Part shown: positions 48,926-61,200 of the stretch, in pieces | Position numbering within the stretch: the stretch's first letter is position 1 | Layout: each line of letters starts with the position of its first letter | Assembly (NCBI GenBank): GCA_035084275.1 | Contig: CM068755.1 | Coordinates: forward strand, 11,470,001-11,534,000 | Source of the DNA: Hydrolagus colliei | Lineage: Eukaryota | Length of the DNA stretch: 64,000 bases | Reading direction: 5' to 3' | Made by a program: the position numbers and the translations under genes | The notes under the pieces: generated by a model | The model's database searches: none | Told to the model about the DNA's origin: nothing | Seen by the model: the letters and a program-made list of their open reading frames with translations, nothing else

Positions 48926-51900
48926 CCAAATGACATCAATTCAGTCACCTTAGTCATGTGGAATAATGTTGTGATTATGATTTATAATGTTCTTCTTGAT
49001 TGTGTATAAAACAACAACGTAAACTGTTCAAATGGCTGCATCACTGTATCCATTTAATTGTCCAGCATTATTTGTTCTTTAGCACTATTCTTTGCATTGA
49101 TTAAATACACAGGTACCAATTTTGATCTATTAATCATACACTTGCATTTCTCCAAATACAGTTAACAACATATGGTTTGTCCATCAGTTTATAATAAATA
49201 TTTTTGGAACTGCAAAAAAAAAGTCTTTCATATTTAACACTTCGCTATTAATTTCTGAAAATGTATCAGTTACTGCAATGAAATCAATCCAGGGCATTAA
49301 CTAGCTGGCGAGTACTTCTGTTATACTTGTCAGCAGAGATCAAGTGAAAGCTAAACACTTCTCTGTTTATCTTTGAATGGGGTTCTCAAGAGATTTTACT
49401 ATGACACTGTTGACCTCTCAACTATTAAGCATTCCAGTTATTCATTGCTAAACATTAACCTTAGACCAAAATATGAATAAGATATTAAACAGCCTCGCCC
49501 TATTTGAAGTTCAAGGTTTAGAATTCTGAGTACTGGAAGTTTTATATATGAGATAAGGTAAATTTATACACTACAATTAAGATAAGTGTACAATTAAATT
49601 AATTGCATGAAGCTTCGTTACCAAGTTAATGTCTTATATAATGTAATTTCATGCCTTTTTAAGCACTGGGTGAAGGGCACGACATAACTGCAAGTTGTCT
49701 TTGTGTGAGTGGGAGAGGAATAACTGAGGCTAAATCAGGGTACATGGAAAACAGTACTGCAATAATCTGAATGATTAAAAAATCTTAATCATAAGTATGT
49801 GTCATATTATCCTAAGAGATTGAGGTAGTATTTTTATCCCAGGACTATACATTTTTATTGGAAATTGGCAGAGCAAGATTTAATAGGTTTTAAAACGTGC
49901 CCTGACATGAGTAAAAACACCTGCAATACTGTATTGCAGTCAGTGGTAGCTCATTTCCCTGAAGGGCAGTAAGCTGCAGAGAAGGTGATGTGAATTGCTC
50001 AGTATAAATCAGTCACGCAATTGCAAAGTGTTTCACTATGGTACCCAGTGGCTAAGGCAATCTTGAGAAGGTGTTATCCCAACTAGATTGATTCGACCCA
50101 CATTGAGGTGTAAAAAACAGAATGTTTGCCTACAAGTTTACACACAGTCACAAACCTTTACAGTAAAATTCTGCGAAGTGCTTTGAGACGTGTTCCTGAT
50201 ATGAAAAGCGCTAATGGAAGCAACTTTTTCATTCCAAACTTTCACATCTGAACCTCTGTTGTCTCATTATTCAAGGATATTAATGCATCTTTTTAAAGAA
50301 TTGTTTAAAGTCGGAAGTATTGTTCAGCTTGTCCTCACCCTCAGTAAGTTTTAACTGAATGCTTCCTCCATGTTTAAGAAGTTGCAACAAAACCAAAATA
50401 TCATCTTAACAATAAAACATGAGATTTTTATTGTTTCCATTCACTGTGCAACTTACATTAAATTTAGAGGTAAGACTAATTTACATAAGTTAAGTTATCA
50501 ACAGATAAGCAAATTGTAGCTATTTTGGAAGTATTATACTGTTTAGTAAAATAAGTTTTTATTATTAAAAAGATACTGTATTAGATGCAGTTCAGAACTC
50601 ATTTTACATCCCTGCTGTCTCACAGCTTGCAACATTCTCACCCTATGTCAGAACACTTTAACTTAGTAACTACAATTTTTTAAAATAGCTTCCAAAACAC
50701 AGGCTCATACGCAAGTGAAAATGATGAGTTTATGGAAAGAAGAAATAAGTCTTTATATTCCATACATGCCAGAATATACTCCAATGCTGGATTCTGATAG
50801 GGATCAGCTGCTATTTTCAAGATACCCCTGCAGTAACTGTAAGCTTCCCACAACAGTTAATACTCAAAAAGGTGAGGAGGAGAGTGTGGGATGGCATAAT
50901 TGGAGCTTCAGTAGAGGATGAGGGGAAAGATCAGAGGATAAAATAGAATCACTGAATTCATATTTTGATCCACTGTTGCATAAAACGCCCCCTGGTTTCT
51001 CACATAACTTTCAGTTGTTCACAGGTCCTTTTTAGACCTGTAGCTATCAATACCAATTGCATGATTTTCACAGATGTATTTTCAGTTGGCACTTAACACA
51101 GTGTACAACTGTTTCTTTTACTGAATGCTGTGATAGAATATATTATTGTCTTTTTTCCCCTCAATTAATGCCATTCAGAAGCATATTTAATATCACCACC
51201 AGTTAGACACATCCAAAATACTGTATTTTGTGTTTTCCAATCATTAAGTTTGGATGATTTGAAATCAAAGCCTTCCAATGTAGCAATGGAAGTTAAAACC
51301 AACAGCAATCTTTTTTTGTTACTTTAAGTAATTCCAAAAAAAGATACAAGGATGATCAAAGATGGATTATTCTTTGTGTCTTGCCAAGGTTCCTTCAGAA
51401 ACATTTTGCCTAGTGTCTACAGCATTGGCTTAAAAGCTAGTTGATTCAAACCATTTGCTTTGCAAGAAAAAAATGAACTAACAGAATATATATTCCTCCA
51501 CTTACAGGATAAATCACTGTACTGTTGCTTGGAAGATGTATGATCTGTACAAAACATTCCTTGATAGTAAAATAGTATTTTACACAAAGGCATTATTAAT
51601 ATTTTCTTGTTATTTTTCCTTTTCCATTAATGCCATTCAGAAATACATTTCATAGCACCTCCAGTTAGATACATTGAACAATTTGAATTAAAACCAACCA
51701 TAAATGACAAAAGACTAAACAGTTACAATCTCACGTTTTGCAGTGTTTCACAAAGCGTACATAATAATAATCCTTGCATTTGATACAGTGTCTTATCGGA
51801 TCATTGAGATGCCTCAAAGTACTTCATGGAATATATTGTGAAGATTGTGTATTTTGCGGGTGATGCCACATATACAGCCACAGGCTCGCATATTCTCTGG

Positions 51901-52659
51901 CGGACTGGAGGTAGTTATGTCATAAGATTTGCAATGTAAAGAAAGGTTGGTGTTAAAAGTACTTCGAAACTTATATGCAGTGATTGGCAAACCATTCTGG
52001 CTTCACAGTAAAGACCAACAGTGGTGTTACTTCCAGCCAACAAACGCAACTTCTGAAAGTACCTGCAATGTTTCTCCAAACTGCAGTACAGTCTAACAAA
52101 AAATACAGTAAATGTGTCAAAACCCTTATTGTAATTTTTTGACATTTTTCGTGATATTGTGTTGCATTATTTAATTATCATGTGATTAAGCTTTTGACAA
52201 TATTACGGTTGTTATCATCAAATTATCACAAGAAATTTCACGCATAGGAGTGCAGCGCATCATTTCTAAAACAAGCTCTTAACTGTTAGTCAATGATTTA
52301 TTGCTAAACCAAATGATCTAGATGCTCAAATCCAGCCATCGCTTAAAATTTAAGTGAAGCCAGCCAACTATGAGGTTTACAAAGTCGTACTATCATATGT
52401 GATTAGACACATGATCAAAGGGCTGGCTCGACTTGGGCAAAATGTAGCTGGTATCAATTGTTCTCATACCCATAACTGTAACACTGAAGATTTATTTACA
52501 GTTCAGATGTTGGAAAGATTTGAAGTACTCAATGATTCTATAGTTAGTTTTGCCTATCCTATTCTTTTTTATATATATATATACACACACCACACAATAT
52601 CAAGCTCACCTTCAAGCTTATTAATGTATTTAATAAATGTATTTCTCGCATTGGATGAC

Positions 52660-53035
52660 CATATCATTTCAATCCACGACTGTTTGTGGGACACTGCTGT
52701 GTGCAATTGGCTGTCACATTTCGCCCGCAAATATACAATCAATTCACTTTGCAGTATATTCTGTGAAGCGCTTTGAGACATCTAGAAGATATGAAAAGCG
52801 CTATATCAAATGCAAGGATTATTATTATTGTAGTTTACAAACCAACCATATGAGTTAGATAGCAGAATCATTTAGCAATACATGTAAGGGTGTAATTGCA
52901 CTAAGGTGCAAGATTGTAAGAAGATTTTTTCGCACACAAATATAGTTAATTCACTTTACAGTATATTTTGTGAAGTGCTTTGAGACATCTGGAAGATGTG
53001 AAAAGCACAATATCAAATATAAGGATTATTATTAT
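52660..53035 (+). mobile_element. Two tandem SINE body/tail fragments (52660-52830 and 52930-53035)
   Basis: caatccacgactgtttgtgggacactgctgtgtgcaattggctg...gtgaagcgctttgagacatctagaagatatgaaaagcgctatatcaaatgcaaggattatta, then a second tail. Confidence 0.88.
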
Positions 53036-54199
53036 TTATTTAAGAGGATCACTGCTACTTATTAGAAAGCAATACCTGACGCAAGATTATTCATCTTGGA
53101 AGTAGCTCAACACAATGAAACCAACCGATGTATTCTTATTCACAGCAGTTTCCAAGGGTCAGATCCAATGTTTTTCTCATGGTAATTGGATTAACTAGTC
53201 GGTCTAGCTCAGTTGCTGGTATTCTCACCTCTGGGTCAAAAGGATGAGAGTTGAAGCACCAAATTAGGATTCAAGGCAAATTTGTGGTGAGCCCATTGGC
53301 TGCCAGAAATACAGTCACTATACTTGCCAACAATTACCTGTGAAGTGCTCGAGACATCGGAGGGTTAATCCTATCATTATCAGCAGTCTTATAAACAAGC
53401 ACTAAAAATAGCCGGCATGAATATTAACAGAGATTCAACTGGAATAAAACTAAAAGCACAGAATTAATTCCCTCACAAAGCGAAAATAATTACAAACAGT
53501 CCCTTGAGAACCAAACTGAATAGTTGGCATTGAGCAAGGTAGCTGGTTCTAATTGGCAATGATAGCCAGGCTCACAGGTGAAGAGACTGTTTAAAAGATC
53601 ATGGGAATCTCAGCTGAACAGCGAAGGAGACAAAATACTAAAACGCACAGTAGAGTGGGGGAGGTGCCTCAGAAACGTTGGGGTTGCAAAAGCCAGAAAA
53701 CAGAGACCGCTAATGCCAGCATGAATCACTTAACTCTGGTTGGTTTCACTGCAAATGGGCAGTAGAGAACGTACAGAGAACATTCAGCTGTGGATAGAGG
53801 TTCCACTCTGCTAACCAGAACTCTGCGTGCACACTACGTTATCCAGCATACAAATGGCATTAAGAAGCAATTACGTTGCGTCTCAATGATTCCATCATTT
53901 CTTGTTAAAATAAATAACGTCCACGTTGAACTTTTCCCCCCCTAATTTTGACTACAGTGTTTTTAAAAAAAAACTATAATGTTTATTCAAATTTACACTG
54001 ATTCAGAAGACAATGAGACATGCAATGATTTATATCCTACACATAGGCTGACACAAAGTGTTGAAATCCTAAATCACATATGGTGAGCTACACAATGGTT
54101 TTAAGAGGAAACCAGCGCAGACTGTGTGGAATCACAGAATGTTTTAGTACTGAAGATGGCTCATTTTGGACCGGTTTGCCTCTGCTGAATCCCTGTAAG

Positions 54200-54512
54200 A
54201 TATTCATTTGCACATTTGCTGCCTCTGCTCAACTGGATCCAGGCTCCACTTTGTCCCCTGGACCCTTCGCCCCACCATCGGAAGCCTTGCTTTCAGCAAC
54301 TAGGCCTTAAAGCTGTAGAACTCTCAGCCTCAAACCCTTCACCTTGACCCCTCTCTGCCCATTTTGAGGTCGCGTTTGAAGATCTTCCACTTCCATCTTG
54401 CCTGCAGTCACTTACCCCCTCCTCTAGCTCGGCATCGGGTTCCACCACTGTTAAGTGCTCCGAGGCGCCGTCCAGCATAAAGGGAGTTATATAAATGCAA
54501 GTTGTTGTTTGT
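54200..54512 (+). mobile_element. L2-like 3' end, decayed
   Basis: cgccccaccatcggaagccttgctttcagc...aagtgctccgaggcgccgtccagcataaagggagttatataaatgcaagttgttgtt; similar to 2810-3088. Confidence 0.7.
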
Positions 54513-56439
54513 GTCATGTAAAGTATCCAATCAAAATAAGAGAGTTGTGAATCAAGTTGGAACAGAATGAACGAGTGAGCTATAGTAGGGTTCTAATTAC
54601 ACAATTTTAAACTTCAACATCAGGGTTTAAAATGTGCTTGCTTATAATATATATATATATGGTACACAATTTCTTTTGAACATACAGTGCCAGCAAATGA
54701 AATATTTTACTGTCTAAGGAATGCAATATTATTTTTTTAATAATAGTGCATTACAAAGAATATGATTCAGCACAGAAATCATTATGCCCCATTGAGCATT
54801 TGCTCATTTCAGTCAGCATTTTAACTCCAATGCAAATCTCAAGCAAATGCAATATCGAGTTCAATATATCCACCATTCTGTGGGGAAAACAAATCTTCTC
54901 ATTGCTGGTTCTAATTAAGATCATCTTTCCTTTCCACAGCAAAGAAAAGACAGAAGCCTTTAGAGTGGCTGCTGATAGGTGTGTAATCTCTGTGTCCTGT
55001 TAGTTCTGATTAATGTCTCTGGAGTATTGAGCAGATATTGCTGTACTACCTGATCAAATGTCTCCTCTGTATTTAGCACAAATGCCAATATTGATGGATG
55101 TGTCTGTAATTATCTCTATACTGGATGGAAAAAGGTGCCACATGGTATCCATGACAATTTCTGTTAAACAGATCACAAATCTTAAACAGTCTGATAATCT
55201 GCAGCCTCAAAACATTATTTAAACTGCACTTAACAGAACCAGCTACAGTTTAGAGAAAGTGCTTATAAAATTCCAGTGATGCTGATGGCCTGTGCTTGCA
55301 TTCTTTCTCCCCTAATGTTACACAGAACCTGTTGGGATGTTTAACATGTGAGCGCTTCGTCCGAATTGGTTCAACGGGTTCATTTTAGCAGTAGAAATTT
55401 ATGAAAGTGTGAAGAACTTAACCTGAAATTTTCTACATACTGTACCATCTTTTGAGACCCTTTTCTACACACAATCATTCAAAGCTGCATTTTGATTTTT
55501 TTGAACAGGTGGTGGTGGTGGTGAGTGGAGGAGAGAAATAACATTAATCTAAAAGGTGGTACTTGGTAAGATTCCTCTGTACATTCACTTCTGTTGCTGA
55601 GGTCATGGAATAAATGAATAGGGTTACTAAAACAATGAAAAAATGGCTTCACTTGCAAGTTTCTTTTAAAGTAAAGACTCTTCATTCAAGTGTAACTTAA
55701 CTGTACTTGGTGAGCAGGAAACTATTTTGAAGAATGGAAGTAATAATGGAACTGTAAAATTTGTAGATTAAGTGTAGTATGGGTGAAAGACTGTGGTTGA
55801 AACAGGTCAGAAGCATTTCACGCAAGCATTTAATCTTTTACTGAGAAAAGCTGCTCAATTCAATATTGTACACTCTACACTGTATTTTCCAATTATGGTA
55901 TTCAAATTTTGCCCACAAAATACACAGTCACTCCACTTTACAGTGAATCCCATGAAATAATTTCTTGATGCATCTTTTCGTTTGGCATTCCTACTGCAAC
56001 ATTACTGATCCCACTTGTCAAACTCTCACAAACTGTGGTGAGGGCCACCATAACGGTGTCCGTTGTGATCATTAGTATTAATGTGCACTGTAAATAATAA
56101 TTTATTTGAAATGTCACTGATGCGATAAGATGCTAGATCAAATGCAATGGATTTCTTATTAAATTCCAGGAAACATTCTTTTGATTAAATTGTTTAACAT
56201 TTTATGAATGCAAATTGCTCCCTTATTTAAATTCATCAAAACTAGAAACAAAAACTAAAACTGTTTGAAAGACAATACTAAAGCAGATTAGCAATTAGTT
56301 CTGCTTGAATCATTTTGTTCCAAGCGCTATAAAACCTTGAAATGTGTTAAGGAACAGAAGTATGTCATTTGCCTCATCGAGTTTACGTTTCTATTTTTCT
56401 GAGATTACTGCTAAACTATAACTTAATATTATTTGGTTA

Positions 56440-56700
56440 CCTTTTCTTCATACCCCCATCCTCTGCCCACACTCTTGCTAACCAAGAAATTACTTTCTTC
56501 TTAAAACATCCCTTTCAATTTTCCATTAACAGTTTTTTGTACAAGTAATGGCAACCAGCGCACATCTCCCCACGTAAAGCAATGACTCCTTATTTCACAA
56601 CTAACAGGTTTAGCTCTACATTTTACATTATGCCTTCTTATTCTAGATTATGCAACTATACGAAATAGTATTTCCTTATCCATTCTGTCAATTCCCTTTA
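56440..56700 (-). mobile_element. CR1-like 3' fragment, decayed
   Basis: ttatgccttcttattctagat...aatagtatttccttatccattctgtcaattcccttta resembles a reversed CR1 3' coding region. Confidence 0.45.
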
Positions 56701-57970
56701 CTATGCCCTAAATAACTCAATCAGATCAACCCATATTAAAATACAAGTACTTTATTACTATTATTACTACTGCAAGTTATTGCAAATGGAAGAAATGAAT
56801 CACTGGAAGTACAACCGACAACAAACATCACAAAATAAAAGCAATGCTCTAAGCACCATCTGCAAATAATAAATTGTACTATCGTGACTTCAGCCAAGAA
56901 ACCATTCCATAAATCTGCCAGTGGAAGGTACAGTAAGCAAAACAATGCATGTAAATTAAGATCTCCATAATTGAAAACAAAATCTGCATTAATTTATTGA
57001 GAAACTCATTTAGATTTCACACAAAAATAAGCCAGAATAAAAAAAATACATTTTGAGTTAACATAGATGTTATGAGATGCATATTCCCTTTAGCAGAATT
57101 TTCCAAAACATTTTTAATGTGAAAGCATTTCACAAGCCATATACTTGTGTACCTCGCTTGATTGAAAGCATTCATGTTTGGTTTCTGTACATAAATTACA
57201 TACAGAATTTATGGTCAACGAATTCAATGCTCAAATGAAAATAACATATACTCGGCTGATAAGGCAGCTGTTTTGGGTACAATCCATTTTGTTTTTGCTT
57301 TGACACCTGACATATGGCAGAACCAATCTAACATCATTTGCGGTAAATTAGTACCTAATTTATGATGTGAACTATTAAACTTCCACTTCAGCCTTGACTG
57401 GGAAAGGCTGCATTACCGATCTGACCATGATAACTAGCATGCATTATTTGGATAAGAAAAGACCATATTCACCTACTGAGGCCCAGTATGTGAGATTTTA
57501 ATAAGTGGGATCAGTGCTATTGCGGTAGGAATGCAAAATAAAAAGATGAATCCAGAAATTACGTATTTCACATGTTTTATTTAGTTGAAAAAAATAAACT
57601 CTGCAAAATGAAACTGTCCTGTTCAACAGGCTGAAGAAAATCAGGTTTGAAGTTACCAAAAAGAATATCTGTAAGATTTCACATGGCAAATATGTATTTT
57701 TTAAACAAACATAAATCCTTTTCATGGAAAGTTTTTTTTCCTTTATAGCTTTTAAGTTTTACCTTCAATGTGGAAAACATTTAAATTGGTCTGGCAAATG
57801 TCTGTTCACAAGTTGGATCAGCATTAAAAAAAAGCTGCTTTAATGGCCCGTTTGATTATAGGATTGTTTTAAAATTTTACTCTTGCAGGAATATTGCGCT
57901 TGGAATCAGTTTTGTTGGTGGATTGTATGTACACATTTGGAATGGAAACTTTTGCTTGCCCCATCAGTAT

Positions 57971-58290
57971 GTCAGCTTGGCTCAAATGGGGTACTCTCGC
58001 CTCTGAGTCAGAAGGTTGTGATTCAAGCTCCACATAGGGACTTTGAACTCATATAGTCTGTGTGGACCGCTGAAGCTCCCATGGCATTGCTGAAACAGAG
58101 AAGGGAGTTTCTCCTGTTGTCTTGGCCAACAAATTGGGCAATCGCGTCATGGTTGTTTGTGGAACATTGCTATGTGCAAATTGGCTGCCGCATTCTCCCA
58201 CACAATAAAGTCGCTCAACTTTACAGTAAAACCTGTCAAGTGCTTAAAGTGTCCTTCCGATGTGAAAAGCACTATATCAAATGAGGATTA
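57971..58290 (+). mobile_element. Deu-type SINE with internal deletion
   Basis: Head ggctcaaatggggtactctcgcctctgagtcagaaggttgtgattcaagctccac matches the reverse head at 6800-6860; body gggagtttctcctgttgtcttggccaac; common tail. Confidence 0.8.
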
Positions 58291-61200
58291 CCATTAATGT
58301 GTGCAAACTGTATTAAACACAAAAGCAAATGGTAAACCTTTGCTCAGTTGTTCCATTACCGAGCAGCTGGTTGAGCACAAGTCTGAACACCAAAAGCCAT
58401 TTTGTGATGCACAAAAACAGCAGCACCATTTGTCCCCCAGCCCAGTAGCAACAAGACAAGTATGGAATAAATGGAGAGGAAAAAGCTCTTGTAATGTTGC
58501 ACAGGAAGCAGCATTTTGTTCCAGTTGTGGCTTCAAATATGATCTTTTCCTATCGAAACAACTACGACATAGGTGAAAAAAGAAACAACATCAGAGACAG
58601 TTGAACCAACGACAGTAGTAGGTTAATTTAACTCGTCCAACTAGTTGAACCAAATAGTAGGTACACAAATAACAGGAGGGATTATTCAGTTGCACTGAAT
58701 AAAATTAAGCAAGGATGAAGTACAGTACTCAATGAAAAAAGTTTTGGAAATTGAGTTTTAATTTCTTCCAAATAATAAATAGCAGACTGAGCTCAAATGA
58801 TTTATTGATCTCATGTTAGCAAGGCTAGGTTTTAATTTGAAATTTTCAATACTTTAAGCACAGTGAATGAAAAATAATAAATATTAGTCCTTGCAAAAAT
58901 CTTGGGAGCTGTGCCAGTACATACAAATAATGCTCACTATATCAGTGGTAAGAATTCTTCATTTGGAATAAGAGATAGATTTTTTAAATGGCCCACATTA
59001 GCAGCAAAGTTTCTTTTTAAATATAGTGATACTCAATGAAAATAGCTTCACAAATCAAGTCAATTGTCTTGTTTCATCTGGAAGACAAACCAAAGAAAAT
59101 TTACCAATTTGTGCTGCTTTTGTGTCTTCTCATAGCCATAATTGCTCATAAAGAAGCAATATAGTTCAGGGACGATACTGCTACAGTAAAACTACTGTAA
59201 AATTATTGTGGTGCAGGTCAATCAAAGTGCACCGCATAAAACTGGCAAATGACCAAGTTCCTCACTGCTAGAAATAACTCAAATTAAAGCCACCCATAAG
59301 GGTTCTATACTATTTTAAAAGTCTCAAAACCAGGTAAAATTATGTATAAAATGTCAGGGACTTGGTTTCTCTCTACTTGCAGTACCTTTGTTGGCGTTGT
59401 TGCAGCAAGAACAAATTCCAGCCAAGTTTTTGTTTTAAAAGTCTGTCCAACCATATAAGTCGTATCTAATTAAGCTATTTCAGGGGATTTTGTCCAATGT
59501 GGTGCCTATTTTGTTAAAGATGCATTATTAAAATATCACTGCGTCTGGAGAATATAGCAGGTTAAACAAACTACCCTTTCACTTCCCAGTAGGGCAGTCG
59601 TTGTGGGCGGTGAGGTGGAAGAGTTCGCAACAATAGCAAAAAAATTGCATTTATAGAGCACCTTTTACGTCGGGAGGACGTCCCAAGGTTCTGTAAAATT
59701 ATTGTGGTGTAGGTCAATCAAAGTGCAAGGATAGTGCAAAGTGCAGAGTGCAAGTTAGCAGGATCTCCTTGGAATTAAGCTGGCTCCTCGGTGACATGCC
59801 TAACAACAGAAAGTCATAAACGAGTCAATCCTCTGCAGCAATCTTAGAAGTCTGGGTCCTGAGCCAGCCAGGTTTGCAGTACTCCACGGTACTACTGGTG
59901 ACAGACCAGTCAGCCTGGGGACAGGAAAGCTTTCTATTCAGCTCCTGTTACCCCTGAAGTCCCAAATCCCCAATAGGTAGAGTAGTACAGACTGGACAAG
60001 CAGCAGGAAAGTAGCCAAACAATGCTCTCATGCAATGCAGTTTTAGCGAGTTAAACTGAAGCAGTGCCCCAAAGCACATTCTGCCATCCCCAAGCCTTGG
60101 CTCTCACCAAGAGAGGATGTGCATTCCATTTCAGTCACAGGGCCATTTCTATGCATTGGTGGCATATGTATGTGGAAGGCTCAGAATGGTTTGTATACAT
60201 TTAAGTGTGGTCACATGTGTCTTACTCCCAGCTGATCAAAATATTCCACCTCAAACCTGCTCCATCAACATCTATGAACAATTCTAGAGGTTGTGAGTGG
60301 GAGGAAAGTTGTTTTCCAAAAATGACAAATTTTTAGCATTAATCACCAGTTAACTTAAATATTAGTTTTTGAAGTTTGAATTGTTTGGATTACGTAATGA
60401 AATGGCACGAGCATTTGTATAAACAGAATAAAGCGTGTTGCATCTTTTCCCTGTGGTCATAGCACAAGTTAAAAAAATGTATTTTAGGTGATTAAATGGT
60501 TTGGCTTGGGCATCAAAGCATTTTATCACGTCACATCACAAACTAACTGGAAGCACATCAGAGACTGCAATTATTTCTAATCTTCTTAATTCCATAATTT
60601 ATCAGTTTGGCAAGGTGGGGCTGCAAACCCAGTTTCACTGGCTGTATAAAAGCCCTATTTGGCTCAATTATCTCCATAATTTCAGTTGAGCATTTTATTC
60701 CAACATGAATATCATTTTCATAAGGGAGTGTCTTTTGTTTACAAATAGTTACAAATGGCAAGAGAGGCAACTGGAGCCTTGAATCTCCAATGAAATCAAT
60801 TTGAAGTGCTCCAGAACGTGACTGAAAGATAAAGAATGAAAGATGCTCATTTTGTTTAGAACTCCTACAGACGAAAACTATTTTGTTGTTCCTGGCATAT
60901 GATGGCAAGAAGCGATGAGAAGAAATGGAACAATAGATACTGTGTACTTATAAATAAGAGGAACTCGCCTCAACCAAAACCTGATGAATAGGTCACACTA
61001 ATGGATCAACTGTGTACTTCTATCTGACAAATTTTAAGTTTAAACCAAACAGACAATGCTTTATCGTGTACTTTGCACGCGGGGACACAGTATAGGAAGG
61101 ACAGCACCCCTAACAGTGCCAACCAAGTTACTAATGCTGTACTAATAACCATTGCATTTCGGGACTTTGTAGCATTTTGGCAATCATCAGATTGTCTCAA

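Noticed and set aside
48090-48957. ORFs of 168, 142 and 90 aa as host genes or an active retrotransposon
   Set aside because: Frameshifted, truncated L2 ORF2 remnants without the RT catalytic core or endonuclease.
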